Positions 1 through 11,496 of a DNA stretch of 64,000 nt are shown piece by piece. The position numbers were made by a program, and so were the translations under genes. Under the pieces are notes generated by a model. That model did not search any database and was not told the DNA's origin. It saw only the letters and a program-made list of their open reading frames with translations. Origin of the DNA: Mytilus edulis (lineage: Eukaryota); contig NC_092349.1 of the NCBI RefSeq assembly GCF_963676685.1, forward strand, positions 79,422,001-79,486,000, given 5' to 3'. Positions within the stretch are counted from its first letter, which is position 1. Each line of letters starts with the position of its first letter.

Positions 1-1927
1 CCCCATTTTTACGCCGATGGCAACACGATTATGGAAAATTTCAAAATCGGGACTGATCGTATCCAGATCGGGCTATTCGTAGTACCATCTTTAACCATCG
101 TAAACCATCGGCCACTTTTTCTAGCCTTCGTGGACAACTTCGGGAAGGGTTCTAAATTTTTTAACATTTTAAAAAATCCCCGAAGGTGCGTCCGATGTTG
201 AGGGTTCGTATTGAGTTCGTATCACCATCCTCACCATCGTAATGTCACCTGTAATGCATCTTTGAACATCGTATTGCATTCGTGTTTCTATCGTTTCCAT
301 CGGGCAGTTTTGACATTACGATGTCTACACGAATGAATCACGAAGCTACCCGAAGGTCTTACGATGGCAACACGACTTCGTGAAGACCTCATAATCCCGT
401 CGTGTTGCCATCGAATAAAAGTACGAAGTCGACAAGATGGAACTACGACGGCAATATTTCCAGCAAAATGTAAGTTAATTTTCGCGCTAAAATACATTTA
501 AAGTGCCATGCGCGATATGCACTGGTCAGTCTAATACAACAGTTGAGAAAGACGTTCACAAAACATGGAGCTCATATCATATGATTCTATGAGAACAAGA
601 AAGGCGACAGCGTTGTTTCTATTAATTCAAATGGAACAAGAAGAGTAGCTATAACAGGCTCAGGATTTACTTTTACAAGTAAAATATTATTTTTTGTCAA
701 TTTTTCATATCAAGTAACATAATGAAAATCATAAACGCGCCTCGTACACCAACACTGCAAGTACACGTATATAGGGAAACCAACTTTTTCTTCATTATTC
801 TGATTTTTTATGTATCGTCTGAGTTGTTGTCACACGAATGTTTACTCCATAACCATTTTGTTTTCTATATGTCATATTTTGCCGCATTTGTTGCTTTCCC
901 CACATCCTTCCTTTTGTCTATATTATAATGATATTCTCCTGGAAAGAGCTCTTTTTGAATAAAAGGCATCAACGAACACCCATTACCTTACCTTTAAGAT
1001 AGATAAGTAAACATGGGCACAGGGGTCGAATTTAAGCTTTTTAGTGTACTGGCCAGCCGGACCAGTGGACTTTAGATCTACTGGTCCGGCTCAAAATTTA
1101 CTGGTCCTGCAAAAATGACATTCATTTGATAACCACTAAAAGATATGACAGATGTTTAGTTTTATTTTTCTCAGCTGCTTTCCTCTTCTTTATTCCAAAA
1201 ATAGCACCCCCAGTACCCTAAAAATAATTTCTCAGGTTTATCTTTTTGTAAACAAACCGAGATAGAGATGCAATCATTGATTTTAACGAAAAATTTCTAC
1301 TGGTCCGACACAAAATCTACTGGTCTCTGACCACCGGACCAGCGCCAATTTCGACCCCTGCATGGGCATAATTATGGGTGATTATTCAGACTAGTGCACA
1401 CATTTTACAGTTCAAACAAGGCAATGCCGAGCGTGGCATCCCCTCGTATATAACACATTGGGGACAAATATAGACACTATATTTGTATATGACACATGCA
1501 GAAAATGGTAAATTGAATTGGCATATTTGATACATAAACTATTTTTTTAGAAATCAACCAAAACATTCAGCAACTGGAAATACCTTTAATATTGTCTTTA
1601 GAACCAACGTCTTTTAGACATCGTATGGCCATCGCGCCATCATCGTAATCCATCGTGTAGCCTTCGTAATCCATCGTGTAGCCTTCGTGATCCATCGTGT
1701 AGGCTTCGGCTGAGATATGAAGCTTAAATACCCGTCTTCGGTTAACCTTCGTATTTCCATCTTTTGCTATCGTATATAATTTCGGCACCATCGTATAAAC
1801 TTCGTTATTCATCGTACTTGCTTCGATCACTTTTTGGTATTTTAACGAGATCGGGACCAACTTCGTACGAACTTTTCGCATTCGGGTGTCCATCGTATAT
1901 AAAAATCGGGACAGTGTGACGCGGGCA
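1..1927. mobile_element. PIF/Harbinger-like non-autonomous DNA element (right part; left end outside window)
   Basis: Ends ...GGGACAGTGTGACGCGGGCA followed by TTA (1928-1930). The terminus resembles the TIR of the complete element at 10506-11496. Dense CATCGT/CTTCGT subterminal motifs. Confidence 0.6.
1020..1360. mobile_element. hAT-type MITE nested in the Harbinger-like element
   Basis: TIR CAGGGGTCGAA / TTCGACCCCTG; perfect 8-bp TSD CATGGGCA (1012-1019, 1361-1368); internal CTGGTCC/GGACCAG motifs. Confidence 0.9.
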
Positions 1928-2844
1928 TTACAAAGCACGCTATTCACGAATCGAGTAATGAATAAACGGAGAGCGCGCGGCAGCTTTATATATTTTCATG
2001 TGCCATACATGCTATATATATATGAATTTTCATAAATGTACATGTATCAATTGGTGATGTTTTCTGTACTTGCTATTGGGGAAACTCAGAAAAAATAAAA
2101 TTGCAACGTTTCTTCGGTATTATGTTCATTGATTTTTTTTTTAATTTGGGACCTTGGGATTTCATGTTTTTTAAGCCCGGGATTTCGGAATCAGGAACCC
2201 TCCGACCCCCCTCAACATGTTATCAATGGTTGGTAAAGAAGGCGAGAGACTTCAGCGTGTGCACTCTTGTCATAATTTGAAAACTTTTAAATAATTTGAT
2301 TAAAACATTTACCGATATTGCCTCTTTGTTGATACTATTATTTTTTGTGTAGCTCGTCCGCTCCCATTTTATTTTCGTTATGTAAACAGAAAGTCACAAC
2401 TGTTTTGTTTTTTTACAGGAATCACGCAACTTTAATCCTGTTCCATACCATGCTGATAATTTTGGGCATAAAATCCATCTTGATCAAAATAAATCTTGCA
2501 AGTAGCCCTCGGAATATATAGAGGGGTGGTGTTCAGGTTACAAAAAGGGGATGTTGGATATAGGATTATAAAAATTGGGGTAGTGAAATCAAGGGGACAT
2601 AAAAGGTGGGATCTGGAGAACAACAAAAAAAGGAATTTAGGAAACGGCGCACACCGAGTCAATAAGATTGTTGTGTTGTATACTGTTTTATGGAGGGGGA
2701 GGAGGGGCGGGCATTATGGGAAGATCTCCCGTCTCTGACTCAAAATATGGCTAATTTAATGTCAAGGGTTTTATAATTCTCCCTGACAGCTTCAGACAAA
2801 ATAATTTTGTATCTCCTATCTTTTTAAATAGACAATACCCTTTT

Positions 2845-3590
2845 CTAAAATTGAGAATGGAAATGGGGAATGTGTCAAAGAGACAACAACCCGACAATAG
2901 AACAGACAACATCAGAAGGTCACCAATAGGTGTTCAATGCAGCGAGAAACTTCCGCATCCGGAGGCGTCCCTCCGCTTGCCCCTAAACAAATATATATAC
3001 TAGTTTAGTGATAATGGACTTCATGCTAAACAAATTAAACACAAAAAAATAAAATTAAAAATAATCCAAGACTAACAAAGGCCGGAGGCTCCTGACTTGG
3101 TACAGGCAAAAAAATACGGTGGGGTTAAACATGTTTTTGAGATCTCAACCCTCCCCCTATACCTCTGACCAATGTAGAAAAGTAAACGCATAACCATATG
3201 CACAGTAAAATTCAGTTCAATAGAAGTCATAGTCCGATGTCAGAAGAGGTAACAAAAGAAAATAAACAAATTGACAATAATACATAAATAACTACAGACT
3301 ACTAGCAGTTACTGACATGCCAGCTCCAGACCTCAATTAAACTGATTGAAAGAGTATGTCTTCATCATTCTTCCGTTAGGGGTTCAGTATTATACACACA
3401 AAATATTTAAGAGAAAAACATAACCCGTGTCATGCCAACAACTATTTTTTAGAATAAATGTGTTTAATTTCGATGTAAAGACCCTATAAGTGAATCAATA
3501 TTAAAGCCAAAATATGAAAACTTGAATGACCTGACAACCGTATCGTAACTATATCCCTTCCTAATAACTCTGTTTAAAGGTCTTGTTATC
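2845..3590 (+). repeat. Dispersed repeat (composite, bivalve-type)
   Basis: The 5' part (AAAATTGAGAATGGAAATGGGGAATGTGTC...) recurs inverted at ~41270-41350; the segment at ~3085-3160 resembles ~32215-32300. Confidence 0.55.
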
Positions 3591-3599
3591 TTTTAATGT

Positions 3600-3845
3600 T
3601 CCTTGTTGTCGTTTGTTGATGTGATTCATTAGTGTCTCGTTCTGTATATAGATTAGACCGTTGTTTTTCCCGTTTGAATAGTTTTACACTAGTCATTTTG
3701 GGGACACTTTATAGCTTATTGTTTGGTGTGAACCAAAACTCTGTGTTGAAAACCGTACTTTGACCTATAATGGTTTTTATTTAAAAATTGTGACTTAGAA
3801 GGCGAGCTGTGTCCTTGGCACTCATACCACATCTTCTTATATCTA
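3600..3845. repeat. Dispersed repeat family ending in ...CATACCACATCTT
   Basis: Related copies at ~32420-32690, 34990-35200, 61840-62040, 62130-62430, and inverted at 5815-6075 and 31900-32130. Confidence 0.6.
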
Positions 3846-5084
3846 GAGAAACGTAAACAAGCTTCACATTTGAAGTTCATTTTTAACTGAAATGCCACCT
3901 TACGTTCATTCCAAATAATAGAGAAATCTGTCTCAAAATGAACAAAGTGATCAGCAATATCAGTCTCAAACCTATTTTGACTATACATTTACCAAATAAA
4001 CCCACAATAAAAATGAAAGACCACAGGATTAATTAAACACTTAATTTTCAAAACTTGTCTCCTAGAGACAGTCGTATCTAATTCCACCAAGCACTGACTC
4101 AAATGTCTGCTTCTGTTTTTCCAAAATAATGTATTTCAGTTAAAAACAGAAAAATTTCTGTAAAATTCAACATCAACCTCGCGGGACCAAAATGTAGCAT
4201 CGGTTATTCTGATTGAGATGCGGAGATGTGGACCACAGCTTGTTCTAGTTGTAAACAGAGACGATGGATGCCAAATGTTAAAGCAATTGGTATCTAAATA
4301 GCTAAGTAAATACCAACCAAAAAAGCCTTTTCTAGGTTGTCAACGAGGGTATCACCAAACCCGTAGCCAGTGCATGAAAGTACGAAATTTTAATAAAATT
4401 TCCTGTTTCATCATTTTTTATTTACTTTTCATTCAGGAATAACTCTCTCGGCTTCGGTTACACTATTCTGTCGTTGAGTGCTTTATAGGGAATATTGTAA
4501 TTGCTTTCAGCTATGCATAATCCTTTGTAAGGCCACAACTAATACGTGTTATGAAGAACGGGCATGATTATGCTTTGATCAATATAGAAGCATGTTGCTC
4601 GCATCTTATATAATTAATGTACATTAACTTTTTAAAGAAGTTTACAAATTTTTTGCAACGATGCAAATACTAATCTTGGGAGTAAAAATAAATATCTCTA
4701 TCAATGAATTCAACATACCAATATCTATTTCATTTAACAAATATATAGAAAATACTTAGTTAACCCGAATGTACATAACAAAATAGGGAAATATAAAATT
4801 CATGGTTTTAAACAAGGAAAATAACAATTGCATAATAATCCTGCGCCACTTCACAAAATTTTGCTGGTGCGTTGTTCTTCTCCTATCTTTTCGGGGTTAG
4901 GTAATAAATGTGTATTTACGGGTTCACACATACACACATGTGTATTATATTTAAAGCATAAAAACAAAATTTTTAAAGTGTAAACAATGAATGAAAAAAA
5001 ATTTGATTATCTATTTTCCAATATCTTTTATATCAATTTCTTAATTCTTTTTAGAGCATTTTTCATTTTGTCACACGATTACAA

Positions 5085-5352
5085 AAATTGAAAAATGCTA
5101 CACACAAAAGCATTTTCATTTTTGAGAAAATTTTCCATATGGGGCATTTTCCATTTTTCAATATTTTAAGGCAAACTGAAAAATGCTCCACGTTGGAGCA
5201 TTTTTCAATTTTCAAATTTGAAAGACAAATTGAAAAATGCTCCACGATGGAGCATTTTTCATTTTTCAATTTTTTAAGGCAAATTGAAAAATGCTCCAAG
5301 TTAGCGCATTTTTCATTTTTCAATTTTTTAAGGCAAATTGAAAAATGCTTAA
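5085..5352. repeat. Minisatellite, ~55-bp palindromic unit, ~5 copies
   Basis: Unit core TGAAAAATGCTCCA-cg(t/a)-TGGAGCATTTTTCA, repeated at a ~55-bp period. Confidence 0.85.
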
Positions 5353-7115
5353 GTTAGCAATTTCAATATTGTGATTTTAAGAAGGAGATTGAAATTTGTT
5401 TTTTTTTCTAAAACTATCAAATTCAAATGTTTTAATTTATTCAAAATGTTGATCAGATGAAGTTTTTTTTAACGCAAACTTATCATTACTTTTTATATTA
5501 TCCTCTTGGAATCAAATAATGTAATCTCATGAAAATAACAAATTTCAAATTTCATAACGAAAGTGAATTTTAAGAAGTGACTTTATCAAATTTTTGTTAC
5601 ATTTATCAAACAAATTAACTTTAAAATTTGTAGAGTATTTTGCAAAATCTATATTTCAGTTTAAAATGAAAAATGTTTGGCGTAAATATACACGGTCTCA
5701 TGCGATATTGTTGTTAATGATTTTAAATAATGCTTAAAACGATTAATTTTTTAAAATAAATTAAAGTTAGAATTTTGCAAATAAAAACATTTAGGAGTTC
5801 AGAGTTTGCATGTAAAGAAAAAGAGATATGGTAATATTGCAATTGAGACAACTCTCCACAAGATACAAAGTGACACAGAAATTAACAACTGTAGGTCACT
5901 GAACGGCCTACAACAATGAGCAATGCCCAAACCGCATAGTCAGCTATAAAAAGCCCTGACATGACCAAATGTAAAAAAATTCAAACGAAAAAAACAAACA
6001 GCCCTATTTGTGTACAAACAAATAACGAAAAACAAATATGTAACACATCAACAAACGACAAACACAGAATTGCAGAATTATATGGTGCTCAGATAATATA
6101 ATTTTATAAGGACAGTGAACTAAATGCAACGGGATAGTCAAAATGCAGAATATGAAATAGAAATTAACTAATCTTAGTCCCAGTAAAGGAAGTGAATTTT
6201 CTATTTATTTAAGTTTCTTGTCCTCTTAAACAGAACATATATCATAAGTGTTTACAACAGAAGTTTTAAAGTACGATTTATGGCATTTATTTTTATAATT
6301 TTCTTTTACTCAAGTTTTTCTCGCGTCTGATTGCAAGCGTATTGTTGTCATTTCGTTTGTTTTTACTTTAATCAATGAACAATATTGCAATATTGTTGTT
6401 TTAAGGTTGATAATGAGTCATCCTGGAGATATATAGTTCATTATTAATAATGAAAATGAAAAGAAGCAATATCTGATAATTCCGATAATAATTTAAAATA
6501 TTTATGTTTTGAAGCATTCTAAATGTCTCAGCTAAGTTTTTCAATATTTTATGAGCAATACACATATATATCTTGCATACATTCAGTCATTTAGCACGGT
6601 CTTAAGATCCCATAAGATTTCAATGGCAGAAGATGACAATTTTACTTAATACAATACTTTCTTGCATTGACTGTGTAAATGAAAGGATATTTAATTTTAC
6701 ACCCACATATCTAACGACACTATGTAATACAATCATTATATATCATGGTGGTCTTTTAAATACAAGACAAACGGCGGAAGTTGCATTATTCTACACTTCC
6801 ACCTTTTAATAAATATTTTCCATCACAATTCATATCAAATCACAACATTTATTTGACACACGATTTCAATCAAGTGACTTAATACATTGTCTATTTAGTT
6901 GAATTGACACATGTGGGTCATTAGATTTCATATTTTTGTAAGGCCAATTGAATCAAATCAGACGTCTTTTAGCAAACAACAATATATATGCACAAAAAGC
7001 CGAACATTTACATGTACCTTTTTAAATGACCTAATATAACTTTCAAATATTTGTATAATTTATGGTTATAGATAGCTATATATATAAAAATTATAAAAAT
7101 TGCGGTTTTTATCCA

Positions 7116-7215
7116 ACGCAATCATAGGTTTGAACGTAGTTTTCAATTTAGACTCGTTTATATATATATATATACAAGTCTAAATTGAAAACTACGTTCA
7201 AACCTATGATTGCGT
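7116..7215. repeat. Perfect 39-bp inverted repeat around a (TA)n-rich spacer
   Basis: ACGCAATCATAGGTTTGAACGTAGTTTTCAATTTAGACT (7116-7154) and its exact reverse complement (7177-7215). Confidence 0.95.
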
Positions 7216-7221
7216 ATATAC

Positions 7222-7425
7222 AACTCGTCTAAGCATCAACCCAACAATGCTAGATATGTAAATTTGCTTTTGCAAAATTTTTGTTCTTCCCTCGACGGGA
7301 TTCGAACCCATGCTACTGAGATATCGTGACACCAAATCGCCTGCACTGTAGCCGTCCCGTTAGACCACACAACCACCTAAGCTTCATAAAAATGAGCTTT
7401 CGGTGGCTGGGTGGTACCTTTCCAC
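7222..7425 (-). mobile_element. tRNA-derived repeat (SINE-like, Pol III A/B boxes)
   Basis: Minus strand has an A-box-like TGGTTGTGTGG (7375-7365) and a B-box GGTTCGAATCC (7308-7298); absent from the paralogous block at ~63320. Confidence 0.6.
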
Positions 7426-7567
7426 GTCTATACACGATACACATACTTGTTTATGATGACATAATTTATTGTTAGAATTTTTTTTTTCAAGATAAGTGAA
7501 AGGAAAATATTTGACTGTTTCGATGCCTAATAATATTTTTTAAAAACTTCAAAGTAAGAAAACATGG

Positions 7568-9216
7568 CTGTTCCCACTCGCCTTACAATTACATCCCCTC
7601 TGATCATGTCATAACTGGGGATCTAAACATAATTCAACATGAAAATCTCCGAAAGGTTATTTCTCATGGTCCTAAGTTTAGAGAACCCCAACACATCAAT
7701 TGGAACCATAACTTCAAAATAATTATTGATTCCATTGAGGACTACGCCAGAACATGGACTAATCGAGAAGAAGTTGAACTGGACACTTTGTCAGAATGGG
7801 TTAAAACTATCAGATCTCTGATAAAACGTCGCATTTACAAGTTGAAAAACTGTTTGAACGATCGACTACAGTCCGTTTTCGGAGACAAAGACACGAAAGA
7901 GGCCATGAAATGTCTATCATCTCTTCCTGATAAGTATCTTGTTGTTCCTGCGGACAAAGCTTCACATAATATTGTCTTTGTATGTAAAACGTATTACTAC
8001 GAATGTCTTGTAAAAGAATAAGGTATTAATGAGCACTCATGTAATCTCACATACAAAGATATATCATTTGAAAAGGATGAGATTTTAGCAAATCATAAGT
8101 CCTTCATGACTTCAATTAACATTACAGTGAACACAAAATTGGAGGACTTACCTTGTTTGTATTGGATACCAAAGCTTCATAAAATTCCGTAAAACACCGG
8201 TATATTGCTGGCTCATCTTCATGTTCCAATAAATAGTTGTCCATTAAATTGACTAAAATTCTGGCGCAGTGAAAGAAGGTCTTCAGACATACTGTGAAAA
8301 TGTTTACTCGCGTAGTGGTATTAACCATATGTGGATTCTTAAAAATTCAAAAGAACTTCTAGACAATTTTAAATCTCGGTCTTTTTCTGAAATTAGTTTA
8401 ACTTTTGATTTCACAACCCTGTATACCACCATTCCCCATGTGAAATTGAAAAATCGCCTAAAAGAAATAACCCACAATGCCTTTCAACATAAAAACGGTA
8501 GCATACACTATAAATTTATTACTTTGGGATATCATACGGCATATTTCGTTAATAGTGACAAACAAAAAGGTAAAACATGCTACACAGAAGAACTAGTGGT
8601 CAGTATGCCGGAGTTTCTTATGGACAACATATTCTTAGAGTTTGGAGGTAGACATTTCAAACAAATTGTCGGCATTCCTATTGGGAACAAACTATGCGCC
8701 TCTTTTTGCCGACCTCTTCTTATTTTCATATGAATCGGAGTTCCTGCAGACACTTGCATTTGTCAAGAACAAAAGGATCGAAGAAGCCAGATTATTAAAT
8801 TTCACTTTCAGATATATTGATGATGTTCTTTCCACAAACAATCCGAACTTTTCAGATTGGGTTCCATAAATATATCCCCTAGAACTAGAAATTAAAGAAA
8901 CAACAGACACGGCTTCCTCCGCCTCATTTTTAGACTTATATCTAGAATTTGACTTCCGAAGTCATCTCAGAACCAGAATCTATAACAATCGAGACGATTT
9001 TAATTTTGAAATTATAAATTCCCCCCCACCTTAGTAGCAATATACCAACTTCACCTGCATTTGGGATATATATTTCCCAATTTATTAAAAATTCAAGAGC
9101 TAGCAGCTCCTACTCAGACTTTGTAAAACGTCATCAGTGGATGAGTAGAAAGTTGATGAACCAGGGGTATGTCAAAGAACGTCTCGTCCTTTTTGTAAAA
9201 AAAATTTATCGGGAGG
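7568..9216 (+). mobile_element. Decayed Penelope-like retroelement, reverse transcriptase region
   Basis: Translated pieces HVITGDL..GPKFREP, VVPADKA, TFDFTTLYTTIPH, QIVGIPIG/GTNYAP, FRYIDD, ELEIKETTDT..SFLDL; several stops and frameshifts. Confidence 0.9.
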
Positions 9217-9689
9217 TGATTTGTATTATCTTTCATTTTTTGCCGGTGTGTTTTGTATTTGCGACTTTTTGTGTTTCTGTGGCTCTTATAACTTGACTCT
9301 GTACTCTAAAAGATCTCGTCAGTATGATATTGTTCTATTATATGTCATTGTGATATATTTCTATTATGAATTAGAAAATACGTTGAACCACAAACGTCAA
9401 AATTATTCAATCGCGTAGTGGAATGACCCATTTGTGGATTCTTATAAATTCTATATAACTTTGGGACAATTTTAAATAACGGTCTATTTCTGAAATTACT
9501 TCTTACATACTTTTGACTTTTTAACCCTGTATGCCAATATTGCCCATGTGAAATTTTAAAATTATTTGAACGACAAATGTATGTGACGTATACAATTTTC
9601 TGACGGCAGACACGCGAATCAATGAATGTGTTTGTAGATAGATGTTTTTGTGTTCTGTTAAATTGTTCCTTTTAAAATTGTTACACGAT

Positions 9690-10208
9690 GATGACTGATG
9701 TACCCATATTTTGACTATTCTTTTTTATTATGCCTGTTTAGTTCACGCATCATTGTAAATATAACGGAATTTGATGACTGTCATCAAAGGTAGAGGTTTA
9801 GCCCTATAAAACCAGGTTTGTCTATCCCAAATTCATGTATTTAGTTTTGATGTTATATTTGTTATTCTCGTGGGATTTTGTCTGTTGCGTGGTCCGTTTC
9901 TGTGTGTGTTACATTGTAGTGTTGTTTCGTTGTTCTCCTCTTATATTTAATGCGTTTGCCTCAGTTTTAGTTTGTTACCCCGATTTTGTTTTTTGTCCTT
10001 GGATTTATGAGTTTGAACAGCGGTATACTACTGTTGCCTTTATTAATCCACCATTTTCTCCATTTGAAAATGCCTGTACCAAGTCAGGAATATGACAGTT
10101 GTTTTTATTCGTTTTTGATGTATTTTGTCATTTGCATTTGCCATGTGATTATATAAACTTTCCCATTGGATTTTCCTCTGAGTGCAGTATTTTTGTGATT
10201 TTACTTTT
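9690..10208. repeat. Nested dispersed repeats
   Basis: 9825-10045 matches 14450-14675 and 45846-45955; the flanking part matches 31085-31290 inverted. Confidence 0.6.
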
Positions 10209-10505
10209 AATGACGTGCTAATAAAGTTAACTATGGAGGGAATGACATTGCTATGTTATTTTTCGCTATGTAAATCAGTGACGCATCGAAAAAGTATCGA
10301 GTGATTTGTATTATTAGTTTGTATCCCTACCAGATATAATATAAAAATACGAAGAAATCACGGATGATTTGTTTTTGAATTATATTAGTTTAAAGCAAAC
10401 AATATCATGATTACCTAAACTTTTGTAACAATTCGTTACGGAAAGAAATGTCCAAGAAACCGAAATTTAATTAAATTTTTAAATGTTTGCCACATGCATT
10501 CCTAA

Positions 10506-11496
10506 AGCCTCGGTCACACCTTACCGGATAGCTCGAACGGACGCCTAACGGATAACTTTTTTTCAATCCGTTCATGTCCGTTAGACGTCCGTTGTTATCC
10601 GTTATACGTCCGTTGTTATCCGTTATACGTCCGTCCATATCCGTTGCATGTCCGTTAAGCGTACATTTTATCCGTCGACGTCCGTTTTGTCCGGTGGAAA
10701 ATTTTGAGCATGTTCAAAACTTTGAACGGACGTCCAACGGATAAAATGTCCGTTGAAAGTCCATTAGGCGTCCGTTTTGAACGGTACTCGTCCGTTTCGT
10801 TTCCGTTTTGTATCCGTTACGTGTCCGTTATACATCCGTTGGATGTCTGGAAGATAAGTTCACTAACGGACTTCTACCGAACGTTGAACGGATAAAACGG
10901 ATGTTGAACGAATGAGAAACGGACTTCTACCGGACGTATAACGGATAAAACGGATGATGAACGGATCTGAAACGGATAAATGCCAATTGAAAATTTCGCG
11001 TCAGAAATGCCAATTATTGGTATGTCAGATTTCTTACGGTTCATGAATTCTTATTATTCATAGAGTAAGGGCGGTTCTTCACAATCAAGCAGCTCTTATT
11101 CAGGTCAGACACGGACCTTTTGCGGTGAAGAATAAACCAAAACCAGTTACACCTAAACATTTTGAATATTGATGCGATGTACATGTATTATTATTGTCGC
11201 CTCTATTTTTCCGTATATATTGTTCATCCGTTTTATAAGGTACGCTTCCGTTAGGTATCCGTTTTATGCGGTACTCGTCCGTTGGATGTACGTTCGACAT
11301 CCGTGCTGCCCGGTACGTTTCCGTTTCTCGTGCGTTGCATATCTGGTGTGTGTCCGTTAGACATCCATTACACGTCCGTTTTATTCGGTCAGTACATCAA
11401 CGACCTCCCAACGGATAACAATTTTGTCAACGGACAACTTTTATTTTCATCCGTTAGACGTCCGTTCGTGCTATCCGGTAAGGTGTGACCGAGGCT
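10506..11496. mobile_element. PIF/Harbinger-type MITE, complete
   Basis: 27-bp perfect TIR AGCCTCGGTCACACCTTACCGGATAGC, extending to ~48 bp with 2 mismatches; TAA TSD (10503-10505, 11497-11499); TCCGTT/AACGGA internal motifs; empty site at ~63745. Confidence 0.93.

Noticed and set aside
1567-1947. 126-aa minus-strand ORF with YTMD repeats
   Set aside because: By-product of CATCGT subterminal repeats in the DNA element; no transposase motifs.
7288-7382. Possible functional tRNA gene (also 55445-55560 and 60430-60497)
   Set aside because: I could not fold a canonical cloverleaf; these are insertions absent from paralogous sites, so SINE-like.
10704-11488. ORFs inside the Harbinger MITE
   Set aside because: Repetitive TCCGTT-derived translations; no DDE or Myb domain.
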